Source: Balanoglossus misakiensis (lineage: Eukaryota > Animalia > Hemichordata). From it: a DNA stretch of 64,000 nt. The notes under the pieces were generated by a model. The model was not told the DNA's origin. It did no database searches and saw only the letters and a list, made by a program, of their open reading frames with translations. Of this stretch, positions 23,657 through 36,400 are shown in pieces. The stretch covers positions 4,094,156 through 4,158,155 of the forward strand of contig CM082588.2 of assembly GCA_040954595.2 (NCBI GenBank), given 5' to 3'. The first letter of the stretch is position 1. Each line of letters starts with the position of its first letter. The position numbers and the translations under genes were made by a program.

Positions 23657-26600
23657 ATGAAGAGTATGGAAGTCAGCAGACTACAGACACTTTTCCTTCT
23701 TATAGTTCCCGCCTGCTTTCTCTCGTCCTCTGCAGGACTGGACGTCACCGTACTGGGTCCAATTAACGATGGCGACGAGATTGGCCTCGTCATGGTGCCC
23801 GGAGCGGACATCACCGGCGACGCGTACGCGGCTCTCGGCCGAGCAATTCAAGAATCGTCCTCGCACAAGTTGTGGGTTGGACTAACCGGTGGCTTCGACA
23901 ACGAGCTGGCCAATATACGGCAGATCGGAGCGGCGATCGATCTGGCTCGCCAAGAGATGGAAAACCAAGGGATGACGACCGATACGATTATTCTGGCCGG
24001 CCACTCGCTGGGAGGTATGTGCTTGGTTAATTCGACACTGGCTTCTCGGAGTCGATTCGTTGTGTACATGTAGTTCTGAACTATATGCTAAGGAGCAGAG
24101 AACTTTCAATTGCATGATGATCGCAACAGCGTGAAACTCGGGAGTCTCAACTAATCACATCGGTAACCTCCACAAAAACTTTAAAGCGCTCTGCAGTTTT
24201 GCGTCGAGCGTTCTCTCAACTGGACTCTCCCACACCCCATAAGCCTGCATAGACGGCGAGTGGGGCAGTGGGAGAGTCTATCTCTCAACCAGCAAGGACA
24301 CTGGTTGAGAGAGTGTTGTCGATGTGTGTATTAAATCGAGAGAGTAATCATGTAAGAGGTGGGTTAAGCTCACCTGTTTGTTAGTAGATCATAAGGAACG
24401 CCAGTTTCCTTCGACCGAGTCGCCGCAAATGTCCCCCGGGCCCGAGAAGCTCTCCCAAATCCGAGAACAACAACTAGGACAGTCTCCGCGTGTTGCTCTC
24501 CGCCGTGGGGTGGGACGTTGTGACACGTGGCGATGGCAGATTTGAAATTGCGTGTGCATTTGTGACGGTGTGAAAGTATCTGATGAAGTTATGCATAGCG
24601 CTTGGCCCACTGACAACCAATGGCGATCCCTATACATTGTATATACAGGTGTACACATTCTAATGGTAATTGGCTGACAGGGTAGACGGTCCGTATTTCA
24701 CGATTGGTCATGTTTTACACCAGGTGTTGTCGGCCTGCGTAATTGGTGGATAATACCAGTTCTATTATACAGTTTATTATTAACGCAGAAGTAATTGTCT
24801 GATTTCTTCTAATATTATATATTTTACTTTCAGCTGGAATACTCGCATATCACGTGGCATTCAATCCCGAAGACTGTGTCGGGTTGATATTCCTTGGAGC
24901 CGCGTCAACTATCCCCGATGAGGACATGAACTCATTTCCGGTTCCGTTCATACACATCACTGGTGATATTGACGGGTTGTCCCGAATAACTAGTCTAGCT
25001 GATTCTTACTCGTAAGTTATATGGACAATTCTCTCAGATTAAACGCTCACTTTTTGATAGGCCTGTCTCAGAATTAAATGGTGCACGCACACTTTTGCAG
25101 AATTTATGTAGCGAGAGTGCTATCGCCGGACAATGAAACACTCATACAAACATACAGGATAGACTAGTCCAATATTTTGTGTTAAATCGTGTGTAGAGGT
25201 AGAAACGACTACAAATTACTTGAAAACACTACCAAAGTTACTGTCAAATCAGTAAACTCCCGACAAGCAATAGTTCTATTGGAACAATATTATACTTTTT
25301 ACACGTATATACACATACAAACATTTCTACTATAGGCGATTGGCGAATGCATCGGTAGAATCGGTGAAACTGAGCCGAACATTCACCGTCCTACAGGGAC
25401 TAAACCATGGCATCTACGCCACTGGTCCAATGCCATCCAACTTGGTCAACAATGACGTCGACGCCGAGGTGTCCCAGAGAGACGCTCACAAGATGATCGC
25501 GGACGTTGCCAATTGGTTCATAGTGGTCACGACCAAGTCACCCCCTTCAGAAGTGAAGGAGTCCAAGAAAAGGCTGATAGAGCTGGTGGATGACACTACC
25601 CAGGGGTTTATTCCACTGATAGAAGCACGTGACTTGCAGGGGTTCTCTACTTCTTCACAGTGGTCTGTCCAATCACAGGTCAGTATTAACAGCAAAACAT
25701 TTTGCCATCCACAGTTCTTCTTATGATAGTGTTGAACCATTTCTATGTCATTTCTGAAGACCATATTGGGTTGTTTGCATAATATACAATTTCATTTCTA
25801 GCAATGGATAGCTGGAGTACCAACGGAACGTCAGTCGGTGCTGAATGTTTCAAATTATATCGAAACGAACGACGCAAGTTTCGGCGAATCGAAACCGTCT
25901 GTAACTCGCATTGACAATGTCACCGTCATAGCTGAGACCATGACAAGGTAAACGCTTTAACATTTTTTGTCAGTATCAAATGTTACTGACTTTTCTCGAC
26001 TGAAAGGTGAAAAGACAAACAAGGAAAAAAAACGCAAGAGGTTAATTACATTTTTTGACTTGTTTTCATAATTTCAATCTTTGACGGTGCATCTTTTGCT
26101 AGAATGGTTGAACCGGACGGTGATTTGCAGGCCAGAATGTCCGCCAAATCCTTGGATTGTAAAATGAAAAGTCAAGAGGCGGTGATTGTGGAATTTGGAG
26201 ACGGCGACTACGAGGAGGAATATACGTGCAAACAAATAAACGAGGTGATGACGACAGAAAATGTTAAAAATTCCGTATAGTAGGGTTAATGGCGTATGCA
26301 ACTCGTGTGACGCTTTTGTTGTCGTGCACTGGTTTGAACTGTTCATGACACAAACTTTGTTACATTCGAATCTCCCAGGAAGCCTTGCAGTGGGCATTAT
26401 CCAAAGCGTCAGCGGTCGCCAGGCAACGATACCAGTCGAGAGGGCAGAAGATGGTCTTTGGTGAAGATATTCTAGCAGCAACAGGGAGCCAATGGGTTAA
26501 CACGGACATCGTATACGAAAATACAACAACGGGCGAGTTTAAGGTAATTTTAAAAAATCGGTTTCGCGTGATAGCATCGTAGAGGTAACCCTCAGAATTT

Positions 26601-26930
26601 CTGTCTGTTTATTTTTGATAAATAAGGATTCATTTCATATACAACCTGGATTTCCTAAGACAATTGACTATTTTAACCCCTTTGATAAAATCTATCCCTT
26701 TTCAGGTGACTTCCGTCGCATTTGTGAGTCCTGTTGATTTCCCATCAGCTACACTAGCCGGGATGCACTATTGCAAGCTTATGTCACCCTACCGGGCAAT
26801 TGAGTGGATCTACACAGATTGCCTGAGAGCTGCCGATCCATTACATGTATTATCGACGTTCAAAGCACACCAGCAGATCCGCCGGCTACTACCCAAGAAG
26901 CTGCGCATGCGGAAACGACGGCCCGTGTAA
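23657..26930 (+). CDS. Secreted alpha/beta-hydrolase (Abhydrolase_5-like), paralog A, about 518 aa, with frameshifted C-terminus
   Basis: Exons 23657-24014, 24834-25011, 25336-25678, 25802-25947, 26103-26244, 26379-26543, 26706-26930. Signal peptide (LFLLIVPACFLSSSAG), oxyanion-region VPGA, nucleophile elbow GHSLG, acid in GDIDG, His in GLNHG, C-terminal GMHYCKLMSPYRAIEWIY. A net +5 nt at about 26840 relative to paralog B shifts the tail out of frame; the ancestral stop is at 26989. Confidence 0.85.
24212..24313. mobile_element. Foldback/MITE-like insertion in intron 1 of paralog A (absent from paralog B)
   Basis: gactctcccacacccca pairs with tggggcagtgggagagtc, and tctctcaaccag pairs perfectly with ctggttgagaga. 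Outer termini are ctctcaac...gttgagag. Confidence 0.6.
24374..24750 (-). promoter_or_regulatory. Antisense promoter (3x CCAAT + TATA-like) and non-coding first exon inside hydrolase A intron 1
   Basis: Minus-strand CCAAT at about 24742, 24704 and 24669, TATA-like at about 24640, a GC-rich exon-like block, and donor AG|GTGAGC at 24374/24373. Confidence 0.5.
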
Positions 26931-27409
26931 ATTCATGGCTTGTATTCTTTGTTTTCCTAGCAACAGTTGGCATGGCGACGATCCAGTAGAAATGTTACAC
27001 TCTGAATAAAATTAAAAAACTGTACAGTTCTTGCGTATCGCGAATGAGAAATGTTAATGAGAAAGTTTAAATCTACACATATCACTGTATTATGGAAGAG
27101 GGAATAAAACATTCAAAATGATGTATGAATTAGGATTATTTACATTATTGGATTATCGAAGAAAAATACAGCCGTTGGCCTTTATTCCTGACGACACCAA
27201 TAATTTGTCAAATATAATGTTGGAGTGACACTGCGAGGCTGATCGGTAATAAAATGGCGGAGTCAGTTGGAATCACGATTCATCGCCATGACAGACCATA
27301 CGTGTATGATTAATTTAATCCGCCTTTTACGTAATGGGCGATTTGCGACCAAAGGTAGCATCTTTCAGGTCGACAGTAGCTCTCCGGTGTTGATTTGAGG
27401 GCAGAGGTC

Positions 27410-30400
27410 ATGATCATGGAAGTCAGCAGACTACAGACACTTTTCCTTCTTGTAGTTCCCGCCTGCTTTCTCTCGTCCTCTGCAGGACTGGACGTCACCG
27501 TACTGGGTCCAATTAAAGATGGCGACGAGATTGGCCTCGTCATGGTGCCCGGAGCGTACATCACCGGCGACGCGTACGCGGCTCTCGGCCGAGCAATTCA
27601 AGAATCGTCCTCGCACAAGTTGTGGGTTGGACTAACCGGTGGGTTCGACAACGAGCTGGCCAATATACGGCAGATCGGAGCGGCGATCGATCTGGCTCGC
27701 CAAGAGATGGAAAACCAAGGGATGACGACCGATACGATCATTCTGGCCGGCCACTCGCTGGGAGGTATGTGCTTGGAAATGTTTCAATTCGATGCTGGCT
27801 TCTTGGTGTCGTGACGTAATGGATCTATCTAAGCATATCCTTAGTCATGCGAAATACGGCCAACGATGTTTGATAATAGGCATATCGCTCTTACATCAAA
27901 TATACAACATCAGTACAGGGTCGGGGCACCATGCATGATTTCTCTATGCTCGTAAGCATACACAGTGTTCCTCGGCTGAACTTTATGCTTAGGTGCGGAG
28001 AACTCGCAGTTGTCTGATGGTTGAAACAGCGCGAAACTAATATTAAGAGGTAGGGTATGCTCACCTAGTTTATTGGTAGATCACAAGGAACGCCAGTTTC
28101 CTTCGACCGAGTCGCCGCAGATGTCGACGTCGCCCGAGAAGTTCTCCCAAATCCGAGAACAACAACCAGGACAGTCTCCGTGTGTCGCTCTGCGCCGTGG
28201 GGTGGGATGCGTCGTGGTCATCCGACATGATGCTTTCATTGTGACACGTGGCGATGGCAGGACTGAAATTGCGTGTGCATTTGTGTGTGAAAGTATCTGA
28301 TGAAGTTATGCATAGCGCTTGGCCCACTCACAACCAATGGCGATCCCTATATATACAGGTGTACACATTCTAATCGGTTATTGGCTGACGGGTAGACGGT
28401 CCGTATTTCACGATTGGTCATGTTTTACACCAGGTGTTGCCGGCCTGCGTAATTGGTGAATAATACCAGTTTTCATTGTATGGACGCGAGGAAATTATTC
28501 ATGCAACAGTTTATTTCCTCTAATATACAATGTATATTGTTTTACTTTCAGCTGGAATACTCGCATATCACGTGGAATTCAACCCCGAGGACTGTGTCGG
28601 GTTGATATTCCTTGGAGCCGTGCCAACGTTCCCCGGTGACGACATGAACTCATTTCCGGTTCCGTTCATACACATCACTGGTGATATTGACGGGATGGCC
28701 AGAATAACTAGTCTAGCTGATTCTTACTCGTAAGTTAGATAGGAAATTCGCTCAGATAACGCTCACTTTTTGATAGGCCAATAGTTCTACTGGAGCAGTG
28801 AATTGACTGAAATTCCAAATTTCCACAATTTTAGACCTTTTACACGTATACACCCATACAAACATTTCTACTTCAGGCGATTGGCGAATGCATCGGTAGA
28901 ATCGGTGAAACTAAGCCGAACATTCACCGTCCTACAGGGACTAAACCATGGCATCTACGCCACTGGTCCAATGCCATCCAACGTGGTCAACAATGACGTC
29001 GACGCCGAGGTATCCCAGAGAGACGCTCACAAAATGATCGCGGACGTTGCCAATTGGTTCACAGTGGTCACGACCAAGTCACCCCCTTCAGAAGTGAACG
29101 AGTCTAAAGACAGGTTGGTCAAGCTGATGGATGACACTACTCAGGGGTTTATACCATTGTTAGAAGCACGTGACTTGCAGGGGTTCCATAATTATTCACA
29201 GTGGTCTGTCCAATCACAGGTCAGTATTAACAGCAACCGAATCCAACAAAACATTTGCTATCCACAGTTCTTCTTATGATAACAAATCGATCAAACAAAG
29301 CTTCAAACTCAACCTATTTAATATTCTAGCAATGGATAGCTGGAGTACCAACGGAGAGTCAGTCGGTGCTGAATGTTTCAAATTATATCGAAACGAACGA
29401 TGCTAGTTTCGGCGAAGCGAAGCCGTCTGTATCTCGCATTGACAATGTCACCGTCATAGCTGAGACCATGTCAAGGTAAATACCATAAACATTTTTTTCT
29501 TTGTTAGTATCAAAATTTCCTGATTTTTTCCCCGCAAAGACAAACAAGAAAACAAAACAAAACGTAATGTACATTTAATTCACGAGTTTCATTAAATGTG
29601 TTTACTTTCTTTCACAATTGAAATCCTTGTTGGTAAATTTCTTCCCAGAATGGTTGAACCGGACGGTGGTTTGCAGGCGAGAATGTCAGCCAAATCCTTG
29701 GATTGTAAAATGAAAAGTCAAGAGGCGGTGATTGTGGAATTTGGAGACGGCGACTACGAGGAGGAATATACCTGCAAACAAATCAACGAGGTGATGACGA
29801 CAGAAAATGTTAAAAATTTGTTATAAAAGGGTTAATGACGTATGCAACTCGTGTGGCGCTTTTGTTGTCGTGCACTGGTTTGAACCGTTCATGACACAAA
29901 CTTTGTTACATTCGAATCTCCCAGGAAGCCTTGCAGTGGGCATTATCCAAAGCGTCAGCGGTCGCCAGGCAACGATACCAGTCGAGAGGGCAGAAGATGG
30001 TCTTTGGTGAAGACATTCTAGCAGCAACAGGAAGCCAATGGCTTAACACGGATATCGTATACGAAAATACAACCATGGGCGAGTTTCAGGTAATTTTTAA
30101 AAAATCGGTTTCATTTCATATACAACCTGGATTTCCTAAGACAATGGACAATTTTAACCCCTTTGATAATATCTACCCCTTTTTCAGGTGACTTCAGTAG
30201 CACTTGTGAGTCCGGTAGATTTCCCATCAGCTACACTAGCCGGGATGCATTATTGCAAGCTTATGTCACCCTACCGGGCAATTGAGTGGATCTATACAGA
30301 TTGTCTGAGAGCTGCTGATCCTTACATTATCGACATTCCCAGCACACCAGAACCACCGGCAACTACCCAGGAATCTGCGCATGCTGAAACGAAAGCACGT

Positions 30401-30463
30401 GTTAATTCATGGCTTGTATTCTTTGTTTTCCTAGCAACAGTTAGCTTGGCAACGATCCGGTAG
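27410..30463 (+). CDS. Alpha/beta-hydrolase (Abhydrolase_5-like), paralog B, about 534 aa, signal peptide plus GPI-type C-terminal signal
   Basis: Exons 27410-27764, 28552-28729, 28877-29219, 29330-29475, 29649-29790, 29925-30089, 30188-30463 (1605 nt, in frame). Ser (GHSLG), Asp (GDIDG) and His (GLNHG) present. Ends with a P/S/T-rich linker and hydrophobic tail SWLVFFVFLATVSLATIR*. Confidence 0.9.
28065..28460 (-). promoter_or_regulatory. Duplicated copy of the antisense promoter / non-coding exon inside hydrolase B intron 1
   Basis: Minus-strand CCAAT at about 28452, 28413 and 28380, TATATATAGG at about 28346-28355, donor AG|GTGAGC at 28065/28064. Homologous to 24374-24750. Confidence 0.5.
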
Positions 30464-30617
30464 AATTGTGAAATAAAAATCTGTACAGATTTTGTGTATG
30501 AAATCGCGAATGGGAAATGTTAATGAGAAATATTAAATCTACACATATCACTGTATTATGGAACAGGTTATAAAACATTCGCCCATGAGGATTTGCCACT
30601 TATCAATATATACACTG

Positions 30618-33493
30618 TCACAGCTCCTGTTTCTTCGTCCCCAAAGGGTTACTTGATGTCCGACTGAAGTTTCGTGTTGACGCGTCATATTGTTTTCCTC
30701 GCAAACTGTCTATGTATATCCATTCCATGGCTTTGTAAGGCGATAACAGCTTACAGTAGTGCATACCAGCGAACATCTTCATTGGGTGGTCGGGATCCGA
30801 AACAAGAGCGGTTGATGTGACCTGTTGTAAAGACGTAACGCGCACAAAGTGAAACGTCACTGCAAATTGTTTACACACAAATTAATGTAGACATACATGT
30901 ATATGCTTTAGAGCTGTCTTCGGTATCTGCGTAAGCGCTTCGGTGGTTACTACAGTTACTGAGACTAGATTGACGGATAAAAAGAATATAAAATAACCCA
31001 AATAATGTCAAAGGTTAGCGACTTTGTCCACTCAAAAACTGGAACCTATATCTCACCTCTGTTGTCCCTTCTTCAGTTTCCACCAAGGTCAGATTTGCTT
31101 GTAGCCACTCTTTTCCATTTTGGGCCATGAAATCCGGACTGAACACCATTGGCTTACCCCGATTGCTGTATCTGTCACGTGCTTCTTGAGACGACATCGA
31201 CAGGGCCCAGTCAAATGCATGCTGAAGTAAAATAATAATAATAATAACATACAATTTAGGTGAATGCATTTTTTACAGTGGTTGACTGGTGTAGAATTGG
31301 GCAGAAGTCGCCCATGGAGATCTGGTAAGATTCTTACCTTGTTTATCTCCCGACATGATAACTCGTTTCCATAGTTACCGTCTCTATGCAACCTTTTGAC
31401 GCTTTCTTGACATTTCATCTTCACATCGAGAGATTCTGCTGATTGGCCGCCTGTGGCCGGACCAAAGCCTATCTTCTTTCTTCTGACATACGTCACTGTC
31501 GTCAGACGAACAGTGCCCTCACTGTTCATAGTAGCAGTTGGTTTGGACTGCCTGAACAGGGTCAGGTTGGTTTCGACGGTGTTTGATATTTTGAGCTGCT
31601 TCTTTAATGAACTGGGAGCGCCGATTACAAATTCCTGTTCTCGGGGAGACAGAGACACACACACAGAGTGAGACAGATATATTTAGTCCTACATCATGGT
31701 TGTCTAAATGGTGATATGATATTAATTAACCAAACTATACAGGGAGTTGGACAAGAAACTGCAGTTCATACACAAAACAAAAGTACTGAAAACACAGCAA
31801 CAAGTTACAGATAATTAAGCTTACCTGTGCGCGTACTCCCCACAATGATGTCAGAGGCTTTCCGCCAGACTGTTCCAGACTCTTCGCTACTTTCAACGGG
31901 AACAAACGCTGCATGGTGTCATCCACCATCTTAACCAGTTCCGCTTTGCTCTTGGCGACGCCGCTATTCGGCAAGTCTAAAGTCACCACGGTGAAATAAG
32001 TGGTGACTTGGGTGATCTCTCGGTGCGCGTCCACTTCCCGTTTTTCCGCACGCAGGTCGTTGAGGGCAACATTCGGTGGCATGGGTCCCGATGAAAATTG
32101 GGCGTGGTTTACACCAGTGAGCAAACATATTGGACTCCGCAACTTCGACGCCGTTGGCATGGCAATGCTGAAAGAATTAGGTGTTGTCACTGTTTTCAGC
32201 AAAATAGTGATTTTCATAAAAAGTTAACAATTAACATCGTCCACAAAAAGCATGCATCGACCATAGCGATAACCGAAAGATTTGTCGCTCGGTGGCGCTA
32301 TTCACGCCCTCCCATAATTGTCTAAAACAGATAATTGTACTCACACAAGTTACTTACTCGAAACTTTCAGCAAGCTTGCTGATTCTTGAGATACCATCGA
32401 GATCTCCGGACAGTCTCAGTATTGGCATCGGATAACTTTGATAGAATTCATTCGTTGCATCTCTTGGGATGGAAGCCCACAATACGAGACCGTCTATCCC
32501 GCCCTGTTGTGTCGCTAGATGTTTTAAGAGCACAGCGCCTATCGTTCAGAAAATTGAGAAATATTTTCGATCATATCAATGCAAATATACGATATACAAT
32601 CAACCGCACAGACTGAACCCACACCAATCTCTCCAGGTTGTTGTATGTGATTGGTTCATTCTTTGCAGTTCTCAAAAAAGACCAATCTGCATATATTCCA
32701 ACAGGTGCTCATCACCAACTACATACCAGTGACGTCATGCCTTCAGACGCACTGGGGGCATTCTTTGGCTGGGATAGGCGATCCTGCCAATGAATGGACC
32801 CAATTTGGCAGACATGATACGGAGTCAGCCGCAGCCATAATCATTTGAAGTGGTATGATATGGCAGTATGGTGGACTATAGACCAAACAGTGGTGAATTA
32901 TTATCTATCGATATCATGCATTTGGAGAAACGCGAATGGTGTCCCCGACTGCTCGAGTGTGCGTTTCTAACATAGAAGCGGCATATCGCTACCAAAATGT
33001 GTCGTACAACCTCTTGGAGAGTCATACTTTACGAACAAAACCAAAGGAGAGATTTCTTTCCACACGTACGCCACGGGGATGGTCAAATTTACCCGACCAG
33101 CCCACCTCAGATTCCCTCGACCCACCCTCTAGTCGCACCTGGTGGCCTCCTTTCCTTACCTCCCAGCGAGTGACCAACAGCAAACACCTTGTCACTTCGC
33201 ATCCCTGCTTCCTTTAATCCGTGTAAGGTCAAATCCAGCGCCGGCGCGATCTCGCCCATGTTGGCCAGCCCATCCTGGAAGTCTCCTGCTACGCCTACCC
33301 ACAGTCTGAACGGACTCTTTCGCTGCAGAGCCCTGGCGAGTGGCGTGTAGCTACCTGCCGACAGGTACGCACCTGGCACAATCACGATGGCCACTTCCAC
33401 GCCATCCTGCAAAGGCTCGTGAATCGTGTAGTTCAAAGCACTGGCAAACTGCACCAGACAAAGCGCGGTCACACACCAGACAAGCCCCTTCAT
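30618..33493 (-). CDS. Alpha/beta-hydrolase (Abhydrolase_5-like), paralog C, about 507 aa, signal peptide plus C-terminal KQEL
   Basis: Exons 33493-33160, 32538-32358, 32167-31825, 31634-31338, 31221-31057, 30821-30618 (1524 nt, in frame). MKGLVWCVTALCLVQFASA signal, VPGA, GHSLGG, GLVLWAS, SGDLDG, GVNHAQF, GMHYCKLLSPYKAMEWIYIDSLR. Confidence 0.9.
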
Positions 33494-36400
33494 AACGACT
33501 GATACAGCACCACGTCGACAAGCGCATCATTCCATATAACCCGAGCGAAATAAACTGATAAGGTTAAACATTGACGATGACCTTTGTATCTTCCCTCAGA
33601 ATCATTGGCCGCAAGAGGCGCACTTCTAAATAAAACCGACAAACCCATAGTACATTTGGCTAATCGGCGGTGGCAATATCGAAGGCTGTGGGTTACAATA
33701 AAACCCCAAACACCTTTGAATCATGATCAAACTTGGATAGATAAATCTGGTTTCTTTATTTCAACGAAAGTGTGCTTTTTCACATGATAGTTCGTGCATT
33801 TCTAGTAACAATAATTTCAAACATTCACACAGCATCATAACATGTAACAATACACAGACGGGAATTCTTCTACTCAAACGCATTATTGAAAAAGAGTATT
33901 TTGCTACCATGCTACCATGGTTACCCGTATCCACGTTCAAAAACACAAAACTATAGAAGATTCTCTGTGCGAGTTTTTTTTTTTTTTTTGGGGGGGGGGG
34001 GCTTTTTAAATTCTGAAACGCAAATATCACAATCTTGTTTTACCCTTAGGATCCTTAGAACTCCATGCGGGTTTCCTCCATATTCTATCTAGATCCATAC
34101 GTTATAACTTTAGTTCAGTGCTTGTACTCTTCAAAATCCCATTCATGCTTGACAATGTCCGACTGAACATGTAATCGTAAACATAAAACCAACTTCGCCG
34201 GATAGAATGTGCACTGGCCACGCTTATTGCCTTTTCAAGCAGTTGTTGTCCAAAATCCTTCTTTCAGAAGGACTTCATTTGAACCAAATGTCTTCGCAGC
34301 CAAAACAGCTTGCGAAATGACATATCTTGAACATTGGTTTACATTCCATTTATCCCATAGTCTTCACTTTTTCCATCCTTTTCGTTATTTCCTTAAAGTT
34401 TTAAGACGTTTTGTATAGGTCCGTATAGGTTTGTTTGCTTGTTTGGATGGCTTTTTACATGTACTGTTTTAATCAAGGTTTCTTTTATCTTTATATTAAC
34501 TTGTCGATTTTTAACTTCACAGTAATAAAATGACATTTATTATATACTAGTTAACTACCAACACACTAACAATTATTTATAAAGATTAAATCAGGGAGGT
34601 AGGCTAGCTTCTTTCCTACGTGTACCTGCATGATTAAACATTCTGGCATTCTCATATTCAGTTGTGTGTGCAAATCTGGGTTTCATGTCGGTTTACAAAG
34701 TTCATATACATATTCACCTAGATACTGACACGGGCCAAACGCTTCTGTAATATCTACACTCTATAATCATTTGCATCAAAACCAGAAGAGCCTGTGTAAT
34801 TGTCTACTTTCCGTGTGGAGATACACTGATGCATCATGGGAGGAGAAGATTTTCAGGCAACACGTGGGTAGATGTCCACACCTGCGAGTCCAGTCGGCTG
34901 TTGACCTCAGGTTTTGTCCGTGCCGCGTCACTGCTATGGCAACGTGTGTGTACAGCCTCGGTGATTTCCTACAGGACACACAGAAATGAGCATGTTGCAT
35001 TAGCACGTGACAGAATCATGCGTTACGTCTCAGAGTCCTCGTGCGCACGAGCTGAGCCGAGACAAAAACGTGTACTGGCACCACAATTGAATGAACACGA
35101 GGAGAAATCATGATGTGAAAAAAAATTTCGTGGTTGACCCTTAATAGTACCTAAAGCCAGCATTGTTTGGCCAGGGAAATTATTCAGAAAAATACCAATG
35201 TAACCCGGTTTAAACATTGCGGACTGAAGGTATGCGATTACCATCCAAAAAATACCGCAAGCAGAAACCATACAAGCAATTCAAGCTGTGGGGATTGTGT
35301 TACGTTTGGGTATTCAGACGATATGGATACACGGCATTCTCTATTGAACTTGCCGTGTGTTTCACTCCGGCAAGATAATGGATTCTTGAACTCATAACTT
35401 CTTAAATGGAATTTCAGTGACCTCTCACGACCCTTAACCGTCTCGTGGGACTCAATCAGCTGAGCGATTCAAAAGCTAGATTTCTGGGTCACCAAAAACA
35501 TCATACGTTTAGCACTACGGCAGTAACGGACAAAATCACATCTCCTCGATTACAAGGAACTGTACAGTGGACAGTCGGAGAGAAATGACGTCACTTGCAC
35601 CGTAAACAAAATACTTGCAGGTTGTTTGTGAATATTTATCTCATTGACGGCAACTGTCTCTGCTATTCCTCAGATTCACACACACTCACAAAAGTACTCT
35701 TCTTGAGGAAAAATTCTTTGGCTATCAAGAATGGAATTTCAAGCAAACAACTGCTATGCGCGGTTGGAGTCAGGCACATTGATACAGTGAACGTATTATA
35801 CCATTTACAACAACGTCTGGCAGCTTGTGTATTTTATATCGAGATAGCCTAAATAGCACAAAAAGATAAATTCCATAGAACCACAGACCCTCAAGAAATC
35901 TCACTGCCCCCACACGTGCCGACTTCTGGGGATGTGAGGACTGCAACTGACTACTGACTGAGGGCATATTCAGTACCGGCAATCGGCTGTGCAAAGCGTG
36001 ATCGGGTAACCTCTGCCCTGTTCGTTCCTACGAGGGCAATAAACTGGACCGCTAGGTCAGCGCTTTTTTATGATGAACTCTATAGTCTTTGAGAATATAT
36101 AAATACACTTCTCTAAACGAACATGAATTTCTCCTTCTTTCAAATAGTCAGTGTTATGAAGAAAGTTTGTTTTAATTTTCAATTTGGCAATCTGATTTCA
36201 CTCGTAGGCTGTATCACTCCAACCTCATTGACGCTGACTTTCACCAGTACCTGTACCCTAGGCCATTAATATGCTATTAAATGTTAATTAACATTAACCA
36301 CGGAATTGAAAAAAAAATGCTTAATCGACGTTAAAACTCAGTACATTATCGTGGCACACTTTATCATTTCCCCCAGCTGCCCTCAGGAGAATCGACTTTG

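Larger units (their letters stand above)
23472..30580 (+). repeat. Head-to-tail tandem segmental duplication (unit about 3.5 kb: about 23472-27114 and about 27120-30580)
   Basis: Both units begin atgtatgaattaggattatttacat and end aaatctacacatatcactgtattatggaa...taaaacattc. Exons are nearly identical; introns are alignable but carry indels. Confidence 0.9.

Noticed and set aside
24389-28327. Small conserved minus-strand ORFs in the duplicated intron block (…GDCPxCCSRIWExFSG…)
   Set aside because: Conservation is explained by the recent duplication, and the start region differs by an indel between copies. Treated as 5'UTR/uORF rather than a protein gene.
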